DNA of 64,000 nt. It comes from Polyangiaceae bacterium (GTDB lineage: Bacteria > Myxococcota_A > Polyangia > Polyangiales > Polyangiaceae). The notes beneath the pieces are model-generated. The model was given only the letters and a program-made list of their open reading frames with translations. It made no database searches and was not told the origin of the DNA. The position numbers and the translations under genes were made by a program. Positions 27,988 to 37,565 of the stretch are shown one piece after another. The first letter of the stretch is position 1. The number at the start of each line of letters is the position of its first letter. The stretch lies in assembly GCA_033763455.1 (NCBI GenBank), contig JANRKO010000033.1, positions 64,001 through 128,000 of the forward strand. Reading direction: 5' to 3'.

Positions 27988-29724
27988 TCAAGAGCGAGGA
28001 GGCGGAGTCATTTCAGAGAACGCCGTGTCGGCCACTGCATAAGCAATGCCTCGGCCTTTGCGCTCGATGCGACAAATACCATCCGAAACCAGCTGCTGGA
28101 GCGCCGCTTGCACCGTCCGCAATGGAATGGAAGTAGCTTTGGAGGCCGTTAACGCAGAGATTACACCCATCCGCGAGATTACCGCCAACACCGCAGTGGA
28201 GAGTGGCTGTGAGCAACGGGCATCGGGTACCACCAAGAGATCCGCGGTAAGTTGCAGCTTCAACGAGTTACCTAGTCTAACAACCTCGCCACGCGCACCG
28301 AGCTCTTGTCGCACGCGGTGCACCAATACATCCAAGGCCCCCTGGTGGCGCGCCGCTGAGAATGCGAAGCCGTGCACTACGCGAAAGAAATCCTCGCGTG
28401 AAAGACCATCTTTGTCGGCCAGCGAAAGCGCGGCGATGGCGGCGCGAGTGCGCCCGCCTCGGCGTTTTGTGTCAGCCATTACGGGCTCAAATGCCGAGAG
28501 CTCCGTCAGCGCATCGGGGCCGAAGAGGGGCAGCCCACGACGCAGCAAGCGCTGCGGCTTCCGAGCTCTTCCCGCGATTACAATCGCGAAGGGACCTGCG
28601 CTAGGCTCCTCCGTCGTGCACACCCCGTGAAGGCCCGCTGGCGGCAGAGAAATCTCTCCCGCCAGCCAGGGCTTGGCTTCAGCCACAGGCAGTGCCGCGG
28701 GATCCATCAACGAAAGCAGCAGACACGCCTCGCGGTGACCCGGCTGAAAGCCAGAGGTAAAGGTGAGCATTGCGTGGACAGCCGCATCGAAGGCAGCGCG
28801 TGCGCCAACGCTGGCACTTTCGAGTGCGTTGTTGAGAGATATCGCAGCCTGGGTACTGCGAGAACCAGCTTCGCCGCTCAGGCGCTGAAGCATGCCGCTG
28901 GCCATTTCCGGGCCACCCGCCAAGAGTAGCTCCCACCCGAGCCAAGGGCCGAGTGCCTGAGGAGCGACGCCCGAAAGGGCAATAAGGATGCGGGAAGCGG
29001 CGTACGGTTTATCAGCATAACGACGAAACCGGGCGAGCACGAGATTGGCGAGACATACCCAATAGGGGAGGCCTTCAGAGGTGGCCATCAGCGACGCTCG
29101 ACGCGCAAAGCCGTGTGCTTCGGTCACCGCACCGAGCTCCAAAGCTACCAGCGCTCGAAGCGCCGTGACCTCTATGACCAGTGGCCCTGCCCCCTGTGCC
29201 GACACGAGCGCAAAAAGCGCCTTGAGCTCCTCCTCCAGCCCGGCAGTTTCGCCGCGCATGAACCTCAGCCACACCTGTGCGACGCTCAACCAGGAGGCTA
29301 GACTTGGCTCAGACAGGTGGCCGTGAAACTTCACCCAGCGTTCGAGGGCGATATCATCGAACGCAAGCACTGCCGAACGCTCGGCGAGCATTGCCATATG
29401 TGAGTACCCGAGCCGCACGTCCGCGTCTTCTGATACGGGGAAAGCATCCGGCTCGGAAGCAGCAACTTCACGGGGATAGCTGGCGAAGAGCCAGGCGCTA
29501 TGCTTCAGGTTCTTCTGCCACAGCGAGGCGGCAACGCTCCCATCTGCTTCTAACTCCTGGCACAGCGCGGAGACTTCAGTTGAATCGCCGGCACGAATCT
29601 TCCCGAGAACCTCAAGGATTCGGAGAGTAAGGGCTTCAGAAGGCGGCACACGTGTTACGCTGCAGGATAGCCGCGGCGCAGTGCGAAGACCAGCGTCCCG
29701 AGATACACTCTTGGTTGCCCCCAT
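27988..29724 (-). CDS. Putative transcriptional regulator: helical/TPR-like N-terminus and two C-terminal winged-helix domains
   Basis: LSREDFFRVVHG...ALDVLVHRVRQELG resembles OmpR/Trans_reg_C; ISALTASKATSIPLRTVQAALQQLVSDG.C.IERKGRGIAY is a second wHTH; start uncertain. Confidence 0.7.
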   Translation of the reverse strand: MGATKSVSRDAGLRTAPRLSCSVTRVPPSEALTLRILEVLGKIRAGDSTEVSALCQELEADGSVAASLWQKNLKHSAWLFASYPREVAASEPDAFPVSEDADVRLGYSHMAMLAERSAVLAFDDIALERWVKFHGHLSEPSLASWLSVAQVWLRFMRGETAGLEEELKALFALVSAQGAGPLVIEVTALRALVALELGAVTEAHGFARRASLMATSEGLPYWVCLANLVLARFRRYADKPYAASRILIALSGVAPQALGPWLGWELLLAGGPEMASGMLQRLSGEAGSRSTQAAISLNNALESASVGARAAFDAAVHAMLTFTSGFQPGHREACLLLSLMDPAALPVAEAKPWLAGEISLPPAGLHGVCTTEEPSAGPFAIVIAGRARKPQRLLRRGLPLFGPDALTELSAFEPVMADTKRRGGRTRAAIAALSLADKDGLSREDFFRVVHGFAFSAARHQGALDVLVHRVRQELGARGEVVRLGNSLKLQLTADLLVVPDARCSQPLSTAVLAVISRMGVISALTASKATSIPLRTVQAALQQLVSDGICRIERKGRGIAYAVADTAFSEMTPPPRS

Positions 29725-31999
29725 GTCTGGCCCTTCGCTGGCGAAAGCTCAAAACATCTCGCCCTACGTACCGCTCGCCAACCTCGCCGCCGGTGGCATG
29801 GCGGAGGTAACGCTTTGCGTGAAGCGCGATGGGCGCTTTGAGCGTTTGTACGCGCTCAAACGACCATTGCCTCAGTTTCGGCTCGACCCGGGCTTCCGGG
29901 AAATGTTCCTCGACGAAGCGCGGGTGGCTGGAGTTGTTCACCATGCCAATGCCGTAGGTGTTGTTGATTTCGGGGAGGATCAGGACGGGCTCTTTCTGGC
30001 CATGGACTTCGTCGAAGGAGTCTCAGTGGCTCATTTGCTCTCGGCAGTAATGCCCAAAACGAGCCTTCTGCCTGTCCAAGCTTGCGTGACGATTGCCTCT
30101 CAGGCAGCCCGCGGCTTGCACGCAGCCCACGAAGCGAAAACTGCCGATGGCCACCCCCTACATATCGTTCACCGGGATGTATCACCTAGGAATATACTTG
30201 TTGGCTACGATGGGGTTGTTCGAGTGGCCGATTTTGGGATTGCGAAGGCACTCGGTAACGCGTTTCGCACCTCTACTGGGATCCTTAAGGGCAGCCTCGG
30301 GTACATGTCGCCAGAGCTCCTCAAATTCCAAACGCCCGATAGGCGCTCGGATCTTTTCTCCCTCGGGATCGTCCTTTTTGAATTATTAACCCGTGAGCGC
30401 CTCTACACGCATACCGAATCCGCGATCGCTCCGCACCGAATTCTGAACGAAGCGCCGCCCGATGCCGGAGAATTTCGCGAAGATCTTCCCCCAGAGCTGG
30501 TGGAGCTGCTCTTCGAAATGCTGGCTAAAAACCCTGATGATCGCCCTCCAACCGCGGAACAGGTTGCTCAACGCTTGGAGAGTATTCTTCATCTGCTTGC
30601 AGCCGAGGAGGGCGCTTTCGATCTTTCTAGCTTTCTTGCCGAGCAATTTGGCGAAGAACGGGAAAAGCTTCGTTCCGATATCCAACGGCAGCTCGCGTCG
30701 CTGCGCGAAGCCCCCAACCAGTCCCGGGAAGAAGCGCGCCCCGAACAACTGGACGCCGTATCGCAGGTGTCCTTGCACCGACGAAGCTGGGCAAAGCCAT
30801 TTATCGGGATAGTCGCCCTCTCCCTCGTCGGGGTGGTCGCGTGGGGCGAGATGGGCGATAAAGGAAAGCCCATAGAGGGAGCTACTCAGCGAGCAATGGC
30901 TCCAGCAAGCAAGCCGAGGAACCCCGAGGCGCGCGGAGTGCAGAACGTTTGGGCGGGCGCCTGGCATTCCTGTGCCACCCGTCAAGAGCAGTTGTTTTGT
31001 TGGGGCAAAAATGGAGATGGCCAGCTTGGAGAAGGAACCTATGGGGATCGAGGAGAACCGTACCCGGTGCCGCTGCACGATGTGAGCATGGCTTCGGGCG
31101 GCAACTTCCACACTTGTGCCGTTAAGCAAGGTGGGCAGTTGTACTGCTGGGGGCGAAACACCGAGGGGCAGCTGGGGTTGGACCCAGCAAAGGTACCCAG
31201 CGCTCCCCAGCCAACCCCTTTGCCAACGATGACCGACGTCATCGCCTTCGATGCGGGGGACTTCGCGAGCTGCGCCGTACGACGCGACGGCAGCGTTTGG
31301 TGTTGGGGTAAACTATTACCGGAGGGCCAACCCCCGCCACCGGCATTCTCGCCGCGCGGCGCTCCTCGTCGCATGCCAGGACTCGATGACGCCATAGCGG
31401 TCAGCGTGAGCGAATCACATGCTTGCGCGCTTCTGCGGGCGGGCACGGTGCTGTGCTGGGGCTCCAACACGCACGGGGAGTTGGGGAGTACACAGCAGAA
31501 CTTCTCGCCCACCCCGCTCGCGGTGCCGGGGGTAAGTGGGGTAATCCAAGTGGGCACGGGAGCTGGTTTTACCTGCACGCTCTCCTCACGGAATCGGGTG
31601 TCCTGCTGGGGCGACAATTCGACTGGCCAGCTGGGGATCGGAGCGGCTACCCGTGTAGCGCGAGAGCCTCGTACGATCGAACACCTCGATGGGGTCAGCC
31701 AGATCTCCGTCAGCGACGCCTGGGCATGCGCACGGCACGCTTCAGACCAAGTCAAATGTTGGGGCAACGGGACTTGGGGCAATCTAGGGAACGGCGGGCT
31801 GGACATGCAGTACACACCCGTGAGGGTTCAGCAACTAGAGGACGCTATTTGGCTCACCACGGGCAGTCAGCACGCATGCGTCCGTCGCAAGACCGGAGCA
31901 TTGGCGTGTTGGGGGCTCAACTCCAGCGGACAGCTGGGGGACGCAAGCGGAGAGTCGCGCACGATTCCAGTGAGCCCCACGACGCCGCCGCCGCTTTGA
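29723..31999 (+). CDS. Membrane Ser/Thr protein kinase with extracytoplasmic RCC1/BLIP-II repeats
   Basis: GGMAEV, ALKR, HRDVSPRN, DFG, YMSPE, SDLFSLG; TM segment FIGIVALSLVGVVAW; seven H.CA...CWG.N..GQLG-type repeats. Confidence 0.93.
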   Translation: MSGPSLAKAQNISPYVPLANLAAGGMAEVTLCVKRDGRFERLYALKRPLPQFRLDPGFREMFLDEARVAGVVHHANAVGVVDFGEDQDGLFLAMDFVEGVSVAHLLSAVMPKTSLLPVQACVTIASQAARGLHAAHEAKTADGHPLHIVHRDVSPRNILVGYDGVVRVADFGIAKALGNAFRTSTGILKGSLGYMSPELLKFQTPDRRSDLFSLGIVLFELLTRERLYTHTESAIAPHRILNEAPPDAGEFREDLPPELVELLFEMLAKNPDDRPPTAEQVAQRLESILHLLAAEEGAFDLSSFLAEQFGEEREKLRSDIQRQLASLREAPNQSREEARPEQLDAVSQVSLHRRSWAKPFIGIVALSLVGVVAWGEMGDKGKPIEGATQRAMAPASKPRNPEARGVQNVWAGAWHSCATRQEQLFCWGKNGDGQLGEGTYGDRGEPYPVPLHDVSMASGGNFHTCAVKQGGQLYCWGRNTEGQLGLDPAKVPSAPQPTPLPTMTDVIAFDAGDFASCAVRRDGSVWCWGKLLPEGQPPPPAFSPRGAPRRMPGLDDAIAVSVSESHACALLRAGTVLCWGSNTHGELGSTQQNFSPTPLAVPGVSGVIQVGTGAGFTCTLSSRNRVSCWGDNSTGQLGIGAATRVAREPRTIEHLDGVSQISVSDAWACARHASDQVKCWGNGTWGNLGNGGLDMQYTPVRVQQLEDAIWLTTGSQHACVRRKTGALACWGLNSSGQLGDASGESRTIPVSPTTPPPL

Positions 32000-32081
32000 G
32001 CAACTCAAGGTTCACGTTTATCTGCCTTTCCTCGGCGTATGCGAAAAGCCTACGCAGGCCGCCCAGCATATGAGGCGAGAA

Positions 32082-33539
32082 TCAGGCCAAAAGCGCCCCT
32101 AACGGGCCTTGATTGTATTCCGGCAACCCGAACGTTGTTGCCCCAACATCGTACGCATTCAAGATCGTAACCAAAAGATCGTTCACTTTTCTGGTCTTGT
32201 CCGCAATAGGGTCCGCCACTCGAACATGGCGACCTGTTTTGAATGTCGCATTCACATTCCCCAAGGTGAGCAGGGGGATATTCACGCTATTGTGGTTTTG
32301 TGCGTTCCCCATACTCTGCGTGTAGAGAACCAGTGTGTTATCAAAGGCACCAAAATCTTTGAGCCTTTGCGCTAAAAGAGCATACTGCTCAATGTTCCAG
32401 GTGGAGACCTTAATATACTGCTCTGCCCAATCGATCCAGACGGCATCTGCTGGGCCGGTGGTTGGTGCAAGGTGAGATAGGTCGTGCCAAGCACCCTTGT
32501 TCCCGAGCCATGGGAAAGGAAGATTATTGCCCTCTACAGCCATTTGAAAGCTGGCAACCCTAGTGAGATCACAAGCTAACGCCATTGCAAGCAACTCGAA
32601 CTGGGTAGCAACCAGCTGCGGCATGATATCCAGCAGCGTCTGCTCGGACCCTTCAGCCACGCGGCGCCCGGCGACACAATCCGAAGGAGTTGAACCACAC
32701 TGGATCGGCTCGGCAGGCTTCTGGCACCCCACTGCGGCGATCCGCGAAATGGACTGCTCAACTGCGCGGAACGATGTGAGATACTGATCGAGCTTTTGCT
32801 GGTCATTTTGACCCAGCCGGGTTCTTAGGGAACCCGCCTGCTGGAGTGCGAAATCCAAGACCGAGGCATCTTCCTGCCGAAGCGCATCGGCTTGGCTAGC
32901 ATCGCCGCTGATCCCGGCAAACAGTTGTTCCCATACCAAGTGCGGGACGTCCTGCGCGGGTGCTGCCTGAAGCGGACCAGACCAAGAGCACGCTCCGTGT
33001 GCGCCAGTACCAGGCTGGGTAAATACGCCGAGCTGGATGGATGGATACCGCGTGTCTTTGCTAATGTACTTGGCAAGCTCATGGTCAATGGAGATGCCGT
33101 TGCCCATGAGGGGATCGTCATCCGACCCAGTCACGGGGTTGATGGGCGGCATTCCGGTGAGCATTGAAGCGTAGGCTGGATGATTGCCGAACGCATTCTC
33201 AAGCCCTTCGATCACGAGCAGATCACTCCGCCATGCCTCCAGCGGTTTCAGGATGGGTGAGAATTGAAAATTGGGGTCATCAAGCGGTGTCCGCCCGGAG
33301 TACGGATACTTCATCATCTGCCCGGCGCTGAAATCAAACGCGGGCATCCCTGGCCAGAACGCTTCCCCTAACGTGGCAAAAGGCTGAGCAAACGCGACGA
33401 ACCGGGGTGGCGCTGTTACCGCCTGCCCTCGCCCCAGGCTTTCGAACAAAGGAAGAGAAATCACGCACCCGGCGCCGCCCATCAAGAGGGCACGTCGTGA
33501 AACAGTTCGAGACATCGACGGTCTTACTATTCTCATCAT
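32082..33539 (-). CDS. DUF1552 family protein, Tat-exported (cassette 2)
   Basis: SRRALL Tat motif; SPIL.PL, SIDHELA, SVLD, KLDQYL, ALACDLTRVAS and WHDLSH. Confidence 0.9.
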   Translation of the reverse strand: MMRIVRPSMSRTVSRRALLMGGAGCVISLPLFESLGRGQAVTAPPRFVAFAQPFATLGEAFWPGMPAFDFSAGQMMKYPYSGRTPLDDPNFQFSPILKPLEAWRSDLLVIEGLENAFGNHPAYASMLTGMPPINPVTGSDDDPLMGNGISIDHELAKYISKDTRYPSIQLGVFTQPGTGAHGACSWSGPLQAAPAQDVPHLVWEQLFAGISGDASQADALRQEDASVLDFALQQAGSLRTRLGQNDQQKLDQYLTSFRAVEQSISRIAAVGCQKPAEPIQCGSTPSDCVAGRRVAEGSEQTLLDIMPQLVATQFELLAMALACDLTRVASFQMAVEGNNLPFPWLGNKGAWHDLSHLAPTTGPADAVWIDWAEQYIKVSTWNIEQYALLAQRLKDFGAFDNTLVLYTQSMGNAQNHNSVNIPLLTLGNVNATFKTGRHVRVADPIADKTRKVNDLLVTILNAYDVGATTFGLPEYNQGPLGALLA

Positions 33540-35248
33540 AGGGACCCCTTGGGTCGGTACACAAACTCATCAAGAACAACGAGCCGACGCAGCAGGCTCT
33601 TGTAGTCACCACCGGTGGCCGCAACGCCAGTAGCAAGCGCTTGTACTGACGGGAAACGTTCCACACTCGGGGAGCGGCCAAATGCGAACCGGTACCACTG
33701 TTGAGCGAAACACTGTTGCGCCTGGGAGCTTGCCGCGTACTTCTGCCCCAACTCCACCGCTCCCTTAAAGTCCCCAATGTCGCTCTGGTAGGCGGCCCCG
33801 GTGTCGTCGACGGTGACGCCGTTTTCCGTCTCGCGGTATTGCCCTATCGCATCGTAACGCTCAAGTCCAAAGCCGAGAGGATCCAGCAGCTGGTGGCACG
33901 GAGCGCACCCGGGGGCGTTGGTGTGTGCCGTAACGCGTTCCCGCACCGTACTCGCGCCAGATACATCGTTAGCAAGCAGCGGCACGTCTTTCGGTGGAGG
34001 CGGCGGATCTTGGCATAAGAGCTGCCTCCTAATAAACGCAGCTCGTCGAACAGGGGAAGTCCGATCAAAGCCCTCGAAAGCGAGGAATCCGGCCCTGGAA
34101 AAGAGCCCCGATCGCGTGGAAGCATCCAGTGTCACGGGTTCAAACGCCGCCCCGGCGGGCCCACTCACTCCATAGAAGCGCGCAAGCTCTGCATTGGCGA
34201 AATCACTATTGCTGGTGAAGAGGTCCTCAAACCCGCGCGAGCTCTCCCACGCAGCATGGTCTACGAATAGCTCAAGCTCCTTTCGAAAGGCATCTCGCAT
34301 CTCGATCTTCCAAGTGGGAAAGGCCGAGGGATCCTTATTCAGGGAGTCCGTACGGCTGAACTCCAGCCATTGCCCATGAAAGAGAGCAACGCTTTCACGC
34401 GCTCGCGGATCGCTGAGCAACCGCTCAAACTCGGAGTTTACCTGTTCGGGCGATTTAAGTGCGTCCGCAGTCGCAAGGGCGAGTAATTGCGGATCTGGGG
34501 TTGAGTTCCACGCCAAGTATGACAGGCGCGAGGCCATCTCAAAAGACGTTGGGCGGGCCAGACCCGGCTTCCCTGCGATCTCGACGCCATCACCGAATTC
34601 CACGCGATAAAAGAAAGGGGCCGAAATGAATAGGGCTTCGACCACCAGCTCAACGCCCCTTGCAAAACTACGCTTATTGCCAGTTTGAAAGACCGCGGCA
34701 AGCCCAGCGGATTCTTCGGCAGTCACCGGTCGGCGTAAGACGCTCTTGCCAAAGGAATCGATGAACTGTTGTGCACATGCCGCATCCGGCGCGACTGCCG
34801 CGCACGGAACATACTGGCTCAAGTTGTTGCCCACACGTGCCGCAATTTGTTTCGAAGCGGCCAGCGCTTTCTCCGCGAGGAGCGGCGGAAAGGTGAGCGC
34901 AAACGCGTTGTTCGTAAACCCGCGAACTACCTCCTCCCCGGGAAAATTGTAGGCAAGGCCAAGGTCGATGTTCAAAATATCGCGGACGCTGTGATCGTAC
35001 TCACTTCGCGTAAGGCGGCGCATGACCACCGGCTCATCAGCAAACTGAGTGCCAGGCTCAGCCGCCGACCCAGGGTTCATGCCAACAAAAGTTGGTACTT
35101 GTGGAACCGACGTGGGCTCAGAGATCGGTTCGGGGGCGGCGCCTCCTGAGCCACGGCGTGCACCCTCAATATTCCCCTGGCAGCCCAACGCCGCGAGGAA
35201 AAGCGCGTGGCCAAGAGTTGCGAAACGGAATCGTTGATAGCAAGGCAT
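33536..35248 (-). CDS. DUF1587/1595/1592/1588/1585-type lipoprotein with CxxCH (cassette 2)
   Basis: Probable start MPCYQ with lipobox ALGC (the ORF is open to 35479); RRLT..EY, RRP, ASRLSY..W...PD, TSPVRR, CAPCH and LGFGLE.YDAIG.YR. Confidence 0.9.
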   Translation of the reverse strand: MPCYQRFRFATLGHALFLAALGCQGNIEGARRGSGGAAPEPISEPTSVPQVPTFVGMNPGSAAEPGTQFADEPVVMRRLTRSEYDHSVRDILNIDLGLAYNFPGEEVVRGFTNNAFALTFPPLLAEKALAASKQIAARVGNNLSQYVPCAAVAPDAACAQQFIDSFGKSVLRRPVTAEESAGLAAVFQTGNKRSFARGVELVVEALFISAPFFYRVEFGDGVEIAGKPGLARPTSFEMASRLSYLAWNSTPDPQLLALATADALKSPEQVNSEFERLLSDPRARESVALFHGQWLEFSRTDSLNKDPSAFPTWKIEMRDAFRKELELFVDHAAWESSRGFEDLFTSNSDFANAELARFYGVSGPAGAAFEPVTLDASTRSGLFSRAGFLAFEGFDRTSPVRRAAFIRRQLLCQDPPPPPKDVPLLANDVSGASTVRERVTAHTNAPGCAPCHQLLDPLGFGLERYDAIGQYRETENGVTVDDTGAAYQSDIGDFKGAVELGQKYAASSQAQQCFAQQWYRFAFGRSPSVERFPSVQALATGVAATGGDYKSLLRRLVVLDEFVYRPKGSL

Positions 35249-35372
35249 AGCACTTACACTCACGTACCCAACAAGCAGAGGGGTGTGGCGCCTCCACACG
35301 AACACGCGGAGGAAGCGCGTGGAATGAGAGAGTAGCATTGCTAGGTCCTCGTATCGGTAGGGCCGTGAGTAT

Positions 35373-35389
35373 ACGCAACGAATGTAAGC
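35373..35389 (+). promoter_or_regulatory. Putative regulator site ACGCAA-cgaa-TGTAAGC (copy 2, more degenerate)
   Basis: In the divergent region between cassette 2 and the beta-helix gene. Confidence 0.4.
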
Positions 35390-35542
35390 TCTCGCGGTTG
35401 CAAGAATCTCGCAAAGCAGGAAAGCGGCGCCGCCCGGCTTCGGTACTTTCGAGCTATTGAGGTTGTTCCCGAGCTCCACCCCGAGTTGACACCACCAGGA
35501 AGGGGCACCGAATGCTAAGGCTCAAATGAAGGTTGCTGTCGG

Positions 35543-37495
35543 ATGAATCGAACACTGCTCCTGCTAATCTGCTTGTGCCTGGTCTCCTGTTCTTTGCCCC
35601 CTCCTGTGCCCAAAGATGGCGCGTGGCGAGTGGGCCGGGCTGAGCAACCGCCACACACCGCTTCCCCCGTTGCCATGGAAGGCGCTGAGCAGGCGCGTGA
35701 TGTGCTGTTCCCGGCTGATTCCAACGTGGTGAACGTGCGCCTCCCCCCCTATTTTGCGAAGGGCGATGGCGTCACGGACGACACGCGCGCGATCCAAAAG
35801 GCCCTTTCGGACCACCCCAATCAGGACAGCATCATCTACCTGCCAGCCGGTACTTACCTGATAAGTGATACCTTGCGCTGGGGCTCAGGAAAGCACGGAG
35901 GAGAAGCCCAGAAGCGAACCATCCTACAGGGTCAAGGAGCGCATCGGACGCGGCTCCAACTTGCCGATAATTCCCCGCGCTTTCGAGCCTTGGAGCGGGC
36001 GCCAAACGGGGATGCCCAATCCAAAGCCATGATCTGGACGGGGGAACGGCCCGCACAACGTTTTCGCAACGGGATTCGCGACATTACCGTTGATATCGGG
36101 CTCGGCAACCCGGCGGCCACAGGTATCCAATATATTGCCAACAATCAAGGAAGCCTCAGAAATGTGGTGGTGCGTTCACGAAGCGGTGGGTTTGTGGGGC
36201 TCGATCTCGGCTACACGGACGAGCAAGGGCCGTGCCTCATCAAGAATGTCGAAGTCATAGGTTTTGCCACAGGCGTTCGCACTCGATTCGCGGTGGACAG
36301 TGTGACGCTTCAGCAGATCCGCGTTCAGAACCAGTCGGAAGTGGGCTTTCTGAACGACGGCCAGTCCATCAGTTTGGAGTCCTTCAGTAGCACGAACTCA
36401 GTGCCAGCCATCAAGAACATGAGCCGATCGAGCCTTCTGGTACTTATCGGTGCCGAGCTCGATGGCCAGGGCAGCCGTGGCCCCGGCATCGAAAACTCGG
36501 GCTACGCACTCCTACGCGACGTGCGTTCAACGGGCTACGATGCAACGCTCAAGGATAAAGGCAGTAGCACGACGCTCCGAGGCAACATCCGAGAGTGGTT
36601 GAGCCATCCGGCAGACAAGCTGTTTGCAGATTCACCCAAGGAAACGCTCAGGCTTCCCATCCGTCAGACGCCGCTCCGGCCTGATATCCCACTCAGCGAA
36701 TGGGCGTCTCCTTTGGAGTTTGGTGCGATTGCGAACGACAACAAGGACGACACCGAGGCTCTTCAGCGTGCCGTGGATTCAGGAAAGCGTGTCGTCTATC
36801 TGCCCCGAAACGGGCTAACTCTAGACGGGACACTGCACATCCGGGGTAACGTCGAGGTCTTCGATGGCTTGGAGGCGCTGCTGCTGGGCACAGGCACGCT
36901 TTCCTTTGAGCCCACCGCCGGACGAACGCAGTTCTTCGAACGAACCGATCTTCGTTACGAGAAGGTCAACATCATTCATGCTGGGCAAGGAGAGCTGGTG
37001 ATGAGCAGTGTCACCTCAGACGGCGGGAGGTTCGATTACCGAGGGCGGGGTGCACTTTTTCTTGAGGACGTCGTCATGGGAGATCTGCTCGTTCCGAAGG
37101 GAGGCCAGGTATGGGCTCGGCAGCTGAACATCGAATCCCATGGGAGCACCCGGCTAAGGAACGACGGCGGCAGCGTGTGGGTTTTGGGGTACAAAACCGA
37201 ACAGCATGGGATTGTGGCCGAAACGCTGCACGGTGGAACCACAGAAATTCTTGGTGGCCTCGTCTACTCGCAGGGCCAGCCCAAAGACACTCCCATGTTC
37301 GTGATCGACAACGCGGCATTCTCGGCTTCCATCGCTGAGGTTTCGTGGAACTTTCAGCGTCAGGGCTATCACACCTTAGCTCGTGAAACGCGCGGCCCGG
37401 TTACACGAGAGCTCGCAGGCGGCGCGCGCGCGGGGCGCCTTTGGCATGCGAACGACGCATCTATGGTCCTGCTCTACTCGGCCTATTCACGCTAA
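35543..37495 (+). CDS. Lipoprotein with tandem pectate-lyase-3-type beta-helix domains (GH55-like architecture)
   Basis: Lipobox LVSC; AKGDGVTDDT.AIQ.A...IYLPAGTYLIS; second GAIAND.KDDT.ALQ.A..VYLP; RQLN.E and LG.KTE. Confidence 0.88.
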   Translation: MNRTLLLLICLCLVSCSLPPPVPKDGAWRVGRAEQPPHTASPVAMEGAEQARDVLFPADSNVVNVRLPPYFAKGDGVTDDTRAIQKALSDHPNQDSIIYLPAGTYLISDTLRWGSGKHGGEAQKRTILQGQGAHRTRLQLADNSPRFRALERAPNGDAQSKAMIWTGERPAQRFRNGIRDITVDIGLGNPAATGIQYIANNQGSLRNVVVRSRSGGFVGLDLGYTDEQGPCLIKNVEVIGFATGVRTRFAVDSVTLQQIRVQNQSEVGFLNDGQSISLESFSSTNSVPAIKNMSRSSLLVLIGAELDGQGSRGPGIENSGYALLRDVRSTGYDATLKDKGSSTTLRGNIREWLSHPADKLFADSPKETLRLPIRQTPLRPDIPLSEWASPLEFGAIANDNKDDTEALQRAVDSGKRVVYLPRNGLTLDGTLHIRGNVEVFDGLEALLLGTGTLSFEPTAGRTQFFERTDLRYEKVNIIHAGQGELVMSSVTSDGGRFDYRGRGALFLEDVVMGDLLVPKGGQVWARQLNIESHGSTRLRNDGGSVWVLGYKTEQHGIVAETLHGGTTEILGGLVYSQGQPKDTPMFVIDNAAFSASIAEVSWNFQRQGYHTLARETRGPVTRELAGGARAGRLWHANDASMVLLYSAYSR

Positions 37496-37565
37496 CACTT
37501 AACGTAACGCGGCCTCGCGAGGTTGAAGCGCGAGCCCCGGCCCCCCGGGCGCGAACAAATAGAGG

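Noticed and set aside
35249..35479. N-terminal 77 codons of the 647-aa ORF
   Set aside because: The lipoprotein signal begins near ATG 35248; the upstream part is more likely divergent promoter DNA
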